Below, in pieces: positions 49,701-61,700 of a DNA stretch of 64,000 nucleotides; the first letter of the stretch is position 1; every line of letters begins with the position of its first letter. Under the pieces are notes generated by a model. The model saw nothing but the letters and a program-made list of their open reading frames with translations, was not told where the DNA came from and made no database searches. This DNA comes from Lama guanicoe (taxonomy: Eukaryota), in assembly GCA_013239625.1 (NCBI GenBank), contig MU053379.1:2152866-2216865 (forward strand), given 5' to 3'. The translations under genes were made by a program, and so were the position numbers.

Positions 49701-52700
49701 CCTTTCTCCAGAGTGGCAGCCTTATTGATAGACTAATCCAAACACGTCTGTGTGGCTTTCCCACATGTGGACCAAGGAGTCCCCACAACCTGGGGCAGAG
49801 CGTTAACACCACGTTATGCGATCAAGACCCTCGGGAGAGAGCACGTGCGCGTCTGAGACGCGCAGAGCTTCCTCTGAAGGGACCTGCGCGTTCCCAGGGG
49901 CCATAAAAGATAATCCCCTCCTCCCAGAAGCAGGGCGTCTGAGTTGGTCCTTACTTTGAGGAATCCCTTAAAACTTGTCTGAAGAGTCTTCTGGGAGCAC
50001 CTCCCTTGTCCGCTGACCGAGAAAGGTTCCAGTAGCTGGTGATGTGGGTGAGGATTTGCAACCCCTCTGGCCGCGTTAGCACGTGCCTCTCTCTTTCCAG
50101 AGGCAGAGACTGATCAACAGCAGGGCTTATGCCAACGGGGAGTCCGAGGTGGCCATCAGAATCCCCATCAAGCACACGGTGGAGAACGGGACGGGGCCAG
50201 GCAGCGCCCCGGACAGAGGCGGCAGCCGGGCCCGGAGGGACGACGCCGTCGCTGAGGCTGGCGACGAGGCGGAGAATGAGAACGAGGACAACGAGAACGA
50301 CCAGGACGAGGAGGACGAGGAGGACGAGGAGGGCGAGGAGGGACCCTACACGCCGTTCGACCCCCCCTGTGAGTGGTCCTGCGGCGGGGCTGGGGCCCGG
50401 AGCCGCTCTCAGGCCCCTGAGCAGACGCCCTGGACTCTGGTGGTCCCTCTGGCATTGAGTTCAGGGAAATATTTCTGTATGAACACAGAAATATTGTATT
50501 AATTTGACAGTGGGTAAGACTCAGTTGTGGAGGGTCCAGAGGTGACCAGGATGGTGGCTGGCGGTCACTGGTTGAAAGGTGGGCACGTGGAGGAGGAAGG
50601 CTGTCTCTCAGCTGTTCCTCAGGGCCTGTGGTGCCGAGGAGGAAGGCACGCGACCTGTGGGCAGGGCAGCTTGGTGCTCGGGGGAGGAGGGGCTTCTCCC
50701 ACCGTCACCATCCCGCACGTCAGTGGGGGCACTGTCCTGACAAGGCCAGCCCTGGGGACACTGCATCCTCCCCGTTGGCTTTTGTTCTTCTTTCGTCCCC
50801 ATTCGGGTCCCTCCTGTCCCATAGCCTGCTGCTTCCCCCACGGGAGATGCACACCTGGGCAGAAAGCATCCAAATCTCACAGCAGGGCCGGCCCGGGAAT
50901 CTCCTGGTACCTTGACAGGGACGGGCAGGGCTTGTAAAGCTTTCAGGACCCCCGCCAGCTTTCAGGACTCCCCTGACTGCTGCCTCCAACGAAGCCTTGG
51001 CCGTTCCAGTGACCTTGTACCCCCGCCCCATCCATTAGTGGAATGGGTGGACCAAGCCCAAAGAATTCTGCCTATGTGCTGGACCTTCCAGAAGTTTCCG
51101 GCTGTTTCGAGAAAGAGTGCGCTGGTCTGCTTCATTTTCACTGTCAAGCATGTGAAGCTTAATTAGCCTGTGTGTCTTCTCTGAGATGTTTGAGTTTATG
51201 GGAGGACAGTAAATTCTGAGGAGGGATTGGATAGGCTGGACCCACTCGAAAGGCCACTTAATGGTGGGACGTGGGTGCAGAGTGTCAGAGTTCGTGTTGC
51301 TTTCAGATGCAGGGTCCTTCTCTGTGTCCAGGGACAGCAAATAAAGCTCCAGCCAGAACTGCTCCCAGGCCCCCACGGGGCTGCTGAGATCTCCACCTGG
51401 TTAAGTCCTTCCCAAAACTAACTAGAAAGTAACCACCCAGGTCCCTGTGCCCCAGAGCCAGAACCGCCCACCAAAGGTAAATTACTGTCAGTAGGTTTTT
51501 TTTTAAATTGAAGTATAGTTGATTTATAATGTATAAGTTTCTGGTGTACGGCATAGTGAGTTAGATATATATATATTCCTTTTCAGATTCCTTTCCATTC
51601 TAGGCTGTGACAAGACACTGGACGTAGCTCCCTGTGCTCTACAGTAGGACCCTGTGGTTTATCTATTTTATAGACAGTGTGTGTATCTGTTAATTCCAAA
51701 GTCTGAATTTATCCCTCCCACCCTTCCCCTTTGTAATGTAAGATTCTTTTCTGTGTCTGTGAGTCTGTTTCTGTTTTGTAAAGAAGTTCATCTGTATCGA
51801 TTTTTAAGATTCCACAGATAAGTGACGTCATATGATGTTTCTCCATGTCTGGCCTGCTTCACTTAGTATGAGCATCTCTAGGTCTGCTGTTAGCAGGTTA
51901 TCTTGATAGAAAAGAGTCCCCTGCCTCTTTACCCCTTTTGCCACCTTTGTCGATATTTCCTGGCAACCTTCCTGTCTGCCAGGACAGAAATATGTTGGAG
52001 TTTAAATGACCAAACCCTCCGCGCCTCCCTCGTAAGCCCTCATGTGCCTCTTCTGTTCCTTCCTAAATCAGCGCAAGCTGCGTGGCTTACCCACCCACTG
52101 GGTGGCTGTGGATTCTGGCAGTCAGAAGTCAGGCACAGCCTGGCTGGCTGCCCCGAGGCTGGAGGGGCCGTGATGGAGGTGGCAGCCGGGCTGTGGCCCT
52201 TGCCGGGGGCCCCGCACATGCGGGTTCCTGGCAGGAGGCGGTTCCTGTTGGGTGTACGGCTGTGGCTGTCACTGGGGGCTGCTCCCTGCCCCCGGGGACC
52301 CCCACCTTCCATGTCGCGTGGCCCCTCGCTCTTCAAACCAGTCCCGTGTGTCGCGTCTGGTCCTCCTCACACTCCTCTTCGCTCTCCCCTCTGGTTTCCC
52401 CTTCTGCCTCTGAGGGCTCCGGTGACGGATCGTGACCTCCTGGCCTGCAGGTCAGCTTGGCCCCACAGTGTGGCAGAGTCGCGGGACAGGTGGTTCATCC
52501 TCCCCACGGGCTCTGAGAGTCGGGGGGCAGAATCTCGGGGCTGTGTCTGGAATCCTGTCCCCCCCAGCCCTTGTTCTCAGTCCATGACCAAGCTCCAGTA
52601 ATGCTCACTTGGCTAAAGCCCTTCCCTAATGAGGGAGACAGCGGGGCCAACTGAAGAGGCTGTAAGTGGCCATGTGCTGCCTTGGCCGTCGGAGCCCAGG

Positions 52701-55700
52701 AGGCCCCACACGCACCCCTCCAGGTGGACAAGGACACGTGTGTGAGCAGACAGACCGTCGCTCAGGACGGAAGGGCCCCTCGGGCCCCGTGTTCCCTATT
52801 TCTCACCTGGTCAGATCAATGCCAGACCTAGCTGTGAGGTTTCAGGGCACCTGGAACTCCTCCCGGCCCGCCTCTGTGATTAGGATGCGGGTGCGGAGGA
52901 CCCAGGGCTTCTAGCCCCACCGCCATGCCCTCCCTTGTGTTAGGAGACGAGGCTGCCTACAGGTGTGGGCTCGGGAACCCCCCTCAGGCATCCTGCGTCC
53001 TTTAGAAGCACAGGCCCGCAAGGAGGAAGGATGCTCTGTGTGGTCCTGCCGCCCCCAGGGGCTCTCAGCTGCATTCCACCGCGGATGCTGCAGGTCTGTG
53101 GGCCACAGCGGGGTGGCAGGACCAGAGGCCCGGAGTCCCTGCAGCCAGCCTCACGGCTCCTCTGTGACACTAGTTCAGGGCCAGGCTCCGCCTCTGGAAT
53201 GGAGAATGGGCTTGTCCAGTGATGGCCCCCTGTTCTCCTCCACCAGCTGCTGAGAAACCCCACTCCCAGACTCAGAAACCGCCCCCTGAGGCTGGTGGCC
53301 CGGCGGCCAGACTGGCCCTCCCCCGGGGGCTGACCTCCTCGCAGCCCCAGTGAGCAGGCGGCAGGTGCCTCAGGCCAGCAGAGGGCACGCGAGGGTCCTC
53401 TCACGCCAAGCTCCTGGTCTGATAAAGGGCGCTCTACGGGGTGAGGCCACGTCCCCCTCCCTCGCATGGTATCCTGCGACGTCCTGGGCACCCTGTTCCT
53501 GCCATCAGGGCGTGACTCTGCTGTGTATGACGAACAAGTAGTAATCACGTGGGTTTATGGAACTATAGGAATATGTGGGACACGCGTGTGCACGTGAGCA
53601 TAGGTGTGTGTGCATACATGCATGCCGTGTGCAGGTGCGTAACATATGCATACAACATGTTTTCTACATGCTGCACACATGCAATGTATTGTATATTAAT
53701 AGGCAACTATTTATACATGTTAACAGATTGTACATTTATATACAAAATTTCTGTGTATTTAATATATTGTATACTATATAATGTATACACAGATACTAGC
53801 ATACCCGTGTTTATATGTGCATGTAATGTACGTAGAGGTTACATAGATTTTTTTGTTCTACACACCTGTGCGTACTATACACACATGTCTGCATGCATGT
53901 AGATTGTACACATAGTCTTACTGTTTTATGGAAGCAGAGTTAATTTACATTGTTATGTTAGTTTCTGGTGTACAGCGCAGTGATTCAGTTATATATATAT
54001 TATTTTTCATATTCTTTTCATTATAAATTATTACAAGCTATTAAATATTGTTCCCTGTAAATTCTTATCCCTTGTGAGAAGATAGCCTTCTTGCTGATAG
54101 AAGGAGAAACACTAACATGTGTATGTAGGTAAATGCACTTCCCTGAAACAAACGCTGAAAGGAAATACACCAAAATATGAGTAGGTTTACCCTGGTGGAA
54201 TTATTTTTTGTTTTCTCTATATTTTCCATTTTAACACAAGGTGCATTTATATTGCCCACATAATTAGAACAAATTTACATCCTTAGCCCTAGGTCTGCAA
54301 TGCTGAGCGATGACTTTTTCTCCATCCAGCTTGCTAAGGACTGTAACTTAGTATGCTGGCTGACGGAAGGTAACGCAGTGATCTGTTCACAGTGCATAAA
54401 AATATCGACTCATCGTGTGCACCTGCAGTGTTCATATCATACTGCATGTTCATTATAACACAATAAAAATAAAAAATTAATGCAAAATTTTAGATGACTG
54501 TTTAAAGGAATACAACTTAGGAACAAGTCCCTTGTTTTAGGGGCAGTGGCTCTCCAAGGGATGCTCTGTGCTCAGAGACCCCGGCTCACACGCTTGCTTC
54601 CATCCCGGACTTTCAGGCTGACTTTCGAGAGGTCCCGTGATCGCTGGTACATGGGTTTCAGGCGCAGGGAGCTGTGTTTTCTTTGTTCGCTGCTGTACCC
54701 TCAGCGCTGAGCAGTGCCGGCACAGAGAGGCGGCGGCATTGGCGTCCAGTGAATATTTGTTAAATTGATGAATGCACCCGCCTCCCCGCAGTGGGGCGGG
54801 GGCTCTATTAGACCACGCGGCAATGGAGCAAAAAATGGAAAACTGCCCAGAAGGACTGTTGACTTAAAGAGGAAAGGAACGATTTTTACGCCTTTATTTT
54901 CAGAAATGGAAATTTAGACTAGCTAAAATCTAGATGATTCTCATCTGATGTCTCAAAATCTCTTCAGAAGCACATGTCTGCATCACTTGGCTTGTTCAGC
55001 GAGCTACCTTTGTTACTCTGCACTCACGGGCACTTTCCAGATAAAGCTCATTGAACTTGCCCACTGTTTGCGGTTGTTACGATGGATCTATAACTTAAAG
55101 AAAGCGCCTGTAACATTTTTAATGATGGTGAAAACTGCTTTCTAGGTAGAATGCCCTCCCAGAGTCGAAGTCAGGCTTTTTAAAGCAGCTGAAAGGAAAA
55201 AACTCTAAACTCCCTGGAGCTGACCCTGCTTGCAACTTTCCCTCCTCAGTATCATTCTCTAAGCTCTTGCAGTCATGGTTCTGACTCTATTTTCTCCTCT
55301 TTTTTATTTTCTGAAGAATGAGAGAGAGCCAGGGCGAAGTCATTTCTCTTCCCATCCGTGTGTTTCTTTGTGACTTTATTGAACGTGTATTTTAAACCAA
55401 ACCAAGTCTCCCCCTCTCCCTGCGAGGGCGTCAGGAGGACCGGAAGGCGGGGAGGGGATGCCGAGAGCCCCAGGTGGCTGCATCACTTGTCACCACAGTG
55501 CGGGGTTCAGGAACACGCGGAATTCCAGGAGGCGCGTGGGGGCCAAGGGTCTGGCCGTGTTGTGGGCTGTGCAGCGTTTGAAAGCTCCTCACAAAAAACT
55601 CCCAAGCAGTCTTGCTTCGTAATCCCGCCAGACACAGCCAATGCCTCGTTGTCCACTTTGCCATCTCCAAACCTTAAATCTGACAAGATGCAGGGCAGCC

Positions 55701-58700
55701 TGTAGGAAGAGACTTCCCCTTTCTTCATAAGGTGTTTTCTCTGCTTTACTATGCGCCTGTAAGTGGGATACCGTTAGGCTCTCAGAAACAAATCATTTTC
55801 TTTGGTCTGATTAGATTGTTCACAGCGACGTTATTACTGTTGATGTAATATGTTCTGAGGACGTGATGTATGCCCTGCACTGTTCGTGGCACCAGAACAG
55901 GGGTGAGAGGGGGAGGGTCTGGCTCAAGCGGTAGGGCGCATGCTTAGCGTGCACGAGGTCCTGGGTTCAAGCCCCAGGACCTTCACTAAAAAAGGAAATA
56001 AGTAAACCTAATAACCACCCCCTCCAAAAAAGAGATGCTCGCCAAGCTATTAAAAAAAACAAAAACAGAAGAGTGAGCAAGCTGGAGAAGACACGTCGTT
56101 GTAGAGTTTATATTCTGGTTTGGGGGTAACTGAGAATAAGTGAGGAAATAAATAATGATAATCTCAGATAGAAAACACTTGCAAATAAATGCAGCTGATG
56201 GGAGGGCGAAGGATGGGGTGGGGCGAGTGGGGACCTGGCTGAGACCGGGTGATCTGAGGGGTCTGGTGACACTTGGGCTGGAGGTGCCCTGCGCGACAGG
56301 ACAACTCAGCCCCGAGAGCCACATAAAGGGAACCACCAAAGCAAAGTCCCTGGGGCAGAAAGGAAGGGGCTTGGAGGCAGGGGCATGTGTCAGGAGGGTG
56401 ATGGTAAGTGGGAGTCCAATCAGTCAGTCATTTGCCTTGGTGGCTTTGCTCCGAGGGCAGTGGAAGCCAGGGGAAGGTTCTAGAGCGGTTTGTGTTCCGT
56501 GGCAAGCAGCTGGAGGTGGGCCAGGTGAGGGAGCAGGGAGTCCCCTTAGGAAGCCAGCCCTCCTGCCAGCTCACAGATGGAGGACCTGGCCCAAGGCGGG
56601 GCGGTGGGGAGAGGCAGCTGCAGACAGACTGAGTGCCCTGGGCTGGTTGCCAGGGTCGGGGTCGGGTGAAAGACTGGCAAGAGTCAAGAAGATTCTGAGG
56701 ATTCTGACTCCAGCAACTTGCAGACTTACATGGTCCCAGCCCCTGTCCTAAGGGTTCATTGAATTCTGCCTGAAACTGCAAGCTCAGTGTCTCTGTGTCC
56801 ACGTTTTACAGACCGGGAAACTGAGGCTTAGGGAATTTAATTAACTGGGCCATTCGACTCAGACAGAGCAGGGAGCCGACCCAGTGCTGTCTGATGAGAA
56901 AGCCCTCCCTCCCCTGAGGGGCCACCCCACCATCCAGGGAGACCAGGGGCCAGAAGTGACCTTCTGTAACTTCACTCTGCAGTTTTAAGAAACTGGAGAC
57001 TGGTAAGAGAGACATGAAGTAAGTGCTGGATGCCAGGGTAAAATTATGAAATCAATTTTGTTAAACACTGTATTAATCACTGTTCAAAATGTAATTTTAA
57101 AAATACCTCTTTAACCTTGGGGGGAATATAAAATGACACAATCATCTTAGAAGTCTGTTTAGCAGTTTCTCATAAAGTTAAATAACACCCTCCCTTATGA
57201 CTCAGCAATTCTCCTCCTGGGTCTTGGCCCCAGAGAAATGAAAACATGCCACGGAAAGACTTGCCCAAGAAAGCGCACAGCCTCTCTAGCTGTGATACCT
57301 GAAAACTGGCAGCAGCCCAAATCCCACGCACAGGAGACTGGATAAACAACCCGCGGGGTGTTCACAGGATGGAACGGTCCAGGGCAATTAGGACCGGATA
57401 CTGACACACGAATGAAACTCAGAAAGACATTGTGTTGAATAAAAGATGGCAGATCCCCAAAACGCCCTATGATTTCATTTATTGGAAGTTTTACAGGAAA
57501 ACCTAATCCGTGGTAGTAGGCAGTGGAATGTAGACCAGCAGGAGGCACAGGGAACTTTCTGGAAGGTGGAGATACTGATTGAAGAAGGAAGTATGTATAT
57601 GTGCACAAAATTCTTTTCGGAGGTGAGTTGGCACTTAAGCAGGAGGGTAACGACTAAAGGAGGAGACCGAATGTGTTTTTTAAATCCGAGGCCACAAGAA
57701 CTCACGGTAATCCAGTCCCCGAATAAGCCGTCACAGCTGTCGCTGATCCCCAGCACTCGGGCAGCCGAGATGTAGGCTCGGGTCATCACTGACAGATCCC
57801 TCCTCTTGGTCGTGGCAGCAGCTAGTGAGAGAGCCAGGAAGCAATCATTAATATGCAAATCCGCAGCAGCTTGGAATGCAAACACTCCAGCAGCGTTTTG
57901 ACAGCCTTGAGAGCGTACATACTGTCCTTCCTTCGCGATTTCAGCGAATTGACAGGCGATGTTGAGCAACCCCACTAGATGGCGCTGTGACCACTGACGC
58001 CTTGTAGTCTGGGACCACATTGTTGCATCCCTGGGGAGAAGGACCAGAGGCAGCTGGTGGCCTTTACCTCCCCTCCCTCATCTCCTCCTGACCCCCACAC
58101 ATGCCCCACACCCCCTTCTGTGTCCTGAGACTCTTCCTCATCCTTTTCCACTGGCTCCATCTGCCAAACTCTCCCCCGAGCCCTGTGTTACTCAGATGTG
58201 ACTCATCCTGTCATTTTAAGGCCTAACGAGCAGGTGGGCAGTGGATAATTTTTTCTTCTGTTGGTGGTGGAAAGCCACTTGAGTCTTTGAGCAAAAGAGC
58301 AATGTGATCAGATTTATGTCACAGGCCTTGCGTTGGGGTGTCAGTATCTGAGGAGCAGAGAAACGCAGCTCGCTGATTTTTTTTTTTTGCCTTTATTTCC
58401 CCAGCTGGCAAACTGGAAACAGTGAAATGGGCGTTCACCTGGCCCCTGAGCTTCGTCTTATACTTCACTGTCCCCAACTGCAACAAGCCCCGCTGGGAGA
58501 AGTGGTTTATGGTGACGTTCGCTTCCTCCACGTTGTGGATCGCAGCCTTCTCCTACATCATGGTGTGGATGGTGAGTGTGTCCAGGCCCCCAGGCAGTGA
58601 CGGAGCTCTTCAGAGAGAAAAACTCTCAACCCGAGGGGAGAAGGGGCAGGGGTTTCAGCCCAGTAACTGTATCAGTCAGCTACTGTGGTAGTATGCTGCA

Positions 58701-61700
58701 TAACAACCAGCCCTAACATTGTGATTTAGAATCACAAGAATGTTTCCTCCTACTCGTGTGTCAGCAGGTGGACTGTGGGGTGATTAATCTTAGGAGGCAC
58801 TGGTTAAGCAGTCTGCTTCGAGCTCCAGCCTGATTACCTTTGATTCAGGCAGCAAGTGGGGTTCATGTTCACTCTGTGTGTTTGCTCATCTGTTTTGGAC
58901 CAGTGGCTACCTGGGGGATGTCTTCTGGTGGGTCACTGGACAGCCAGAGGGTGTGGGCAAACACAGGTGCTTCCTGGGCCTTGACTCGTGGCTCCCACCC
59001 ACACTCCATCAACCAAGCCCAGTGTCAGTGGAGTGGGGAAAACACAGTGGGACGCTCGAGTAGGAAGAACAGCAGAGTCACAGCAAAGGGCCTGGAGGAA
59101 AGGTGTAAGGCACGGGGGAGAGGGAATCCGTCTATCACAGCCACTTCCCCGATCTCAGGTCAGTTTCTTCAACCAGAAAAGAAGGGCGTTGGACCAGCTG
59201 ACCACCCAAGGGTCCCTTCTGAAGCTGAAATAATGATCCAGGGATTGGCATTAATTGAAGGGCTGTGGCTTACCAGATCCTCTGCCCCAAAGCCCGTTTT
59301 AGGAAACCCAGCCATGCAGAGTGCCCTGTCCACGCAGGACTCTGCTTTTTACCTGAGGAGGGAGCCTAACTCATTAGAATTAGAGCTGGGCAGAAATTAA
59401 AAGCCATGACAAAGTTACGCACATCTGATGGTGCCTGAGTGTCGGGTAGAAATACAGTGTAAATTCTGGAGAATTAAACCTAAGAGCTGAGAAAACAAGG
59501 TTCTGAAAAGATTATTTTGGAGGTAATAACAGCTGTATAAACTTGACACAACTAACTTGTGTTTATCCCTTGCTTTCAACCTCACAAACAAGTGATTTTT
59601 TTTTTCAACTCAAATCTTTTAGCCAGAGGTGTCGCCCTCACCCCGTGTTCACGCACACTCTCACTTGACCTCGCGCTGGGGGCAGGTCTGGGGAGTAGCC
59701 TTGGTGGCCCGATGGTTTTCTCCAAAGCCCAGTAACACGCAGGTTAGCCCCGGGACCCGAGGTTCCCCTTCCTCCTGTCTGCCTCCTGGCTCTCTTGGGG
59801 GGTTCTGAGAAGCCCTGAGGAACGGCTGGGAGTGAGGGAAAACCAGGAGGAGCCCCGAGACCTGGTCCAGCCACCTGGAGAATCGCTTCCCCAAAACTCC
59901 AGCCTCAGCCGTAACCATGGTAACCGCAGTAACAGCGGGCGGGGCGGGGGCGGCTCCTTCCCAGGCGGAGCCCCACGGAGCTGGACGGATTCCTGCAGGG
60001 ACCCCACGGAGGGTTAGAAAGGGTGCGGGAGCTCATTTAACAGAAGGCTCCAGAAGAACCTGAAGAAATGCTGTGTTTCTGCATGCACTGTCCTCCCTGG
60101 AGCCCGAGGCCGCCCCGAGTTGAGTGCAGCCCTGAGTGGAAGTGAGGTGCAGTCTCTGGTTTGAAAGGGGCCGAGCCAGGCACCCCCCGGATGTCACTAC
60201 CATCCTCCAGGTCTGGGCAGGGAAGGAGCGAGGCCAGGTTCCAGCAGAGGTGTCCCTTTCAGTTGCTGCCCCCCGAGTGTGCTTCTAACCACATGCAGTT
60301 TGCATTTTTTATAATTTTATAGAAAGTGGGGGGTCGAGTGGCATCCAGAATGACCTGATCATTTCAGCTCTTGCAATTTACCCTCTCCTGGGGTGATGTC
60401 CACCACACTGGTCTCTTTCCGCTGACCTCACTGTTGCCACCGGCCCCTCCTCCTGCCCTCTCACCACCTGCTTTCCTCTCAGCTTGCCCAGCTGGTCCAA
60501 GCCAGCGTGGGCTCATTTGCATAAAGGAAGCAACGCCTCTGGTGTCTGGTGTTCCCACCCCACGCTGACTTAATCCCTCCTGTGTAAACAAAGGGGCCCT
60601 GCCCCGGCTCAGGGGCCTGACTGCAGGGTGTGAATGGCCCTCTGCTGCTTCCTGGCGTGCGGGCCTTGGACAGGGCCTCAGTTTCCTCATCTGCAGAATG
60701 GGGCTAATATTAGCACCTCCTCTATGGGGTTGTGGTGAGGATTAAAAAAGTTAAAACCCGTGATCACCCCTGAGCACAGAGCCCAAGTACTAAGCAAACA
60801 GAAGCCAGCGTAGTATGGAAGATGGTGTGGAGAGAGATGGTGTTCCCAAGCTTGGAGGAAGAGAGGAAAGGAGCCTGCTGCTCCTGGCTGTTCCTACAAG
60901 ACTGGGTGGCGGGGGTCAGCCCCTCTGCAGGTCTAGTAAAGGCTGACTGTGCAGGTGGGACTCGGACGCTCAGGTTCCCTGCACAACCTGGCAGCATCCG
61001 GTCTGGGTTTCCCAGGAGCGTCCTGAGTTCAGATATTGTCCAGCTTTTTCTGGAGCTGTTTCTCCTCTCTTAAGCCCCTCGCTGTCCAGAAAGCAACAAG
61101 TGAAAAAGGCCAGCCTTCAGGTGGAAAGCACGTGCTCGGTAGCCGCACGCCGGCCCCCCGCCTGCAGCCCCGCTCTGCTCCACGAGATGCTCCTTGCATT
61201 CTGTCTTGGTGCAGAGAGCAGACCTGGCCCCCCGGGGAGACTGTCCTGATCACAGGCCTTTCTGCTTCTTGATCAGAGGGTCCCCAGACTGGTGGGGCTG
61301 GGCCTGCCCTCAGCTCACCGCCTCCTCCCGCCCCCCCAGGTCACCGTCATCGGTTACACCCTGGGGATCCCCGACGTCATCATGGGCATCACCTTCCTGG
61401 CGGCTGGAACCAGCGTGCCCGACTGCATGGCCAGCCTCATCGTGGCCAGACAAGGTGGGGCCTCGAGGGGGCAGGGAGGGGACGGGGCCACGTGGCCATC
61501 ACCGGGACGCCAGATCCCGGCTGGGAAGGAGCCACGGGCAACTCTGGTGCCATGATGGTCAAAAGGGTTCTTGGCATCAGAGGAACAGAGAACAAGTCAG
61601 AAGACCCGCCCTTGAGGAAGGCAGGGACATTTTCCCAGCAGCCCCGCACCCCTCCCGAGGTGGTGTTACTTTTATCATTAAAAAGAGTAATAAGTGTAGT

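Noticed and set aside
51903..53548. 232-aa and 202-aa ORFs
   Set aside because: GC-rich, overlap an LTR remnant, and show no recognisable domains.
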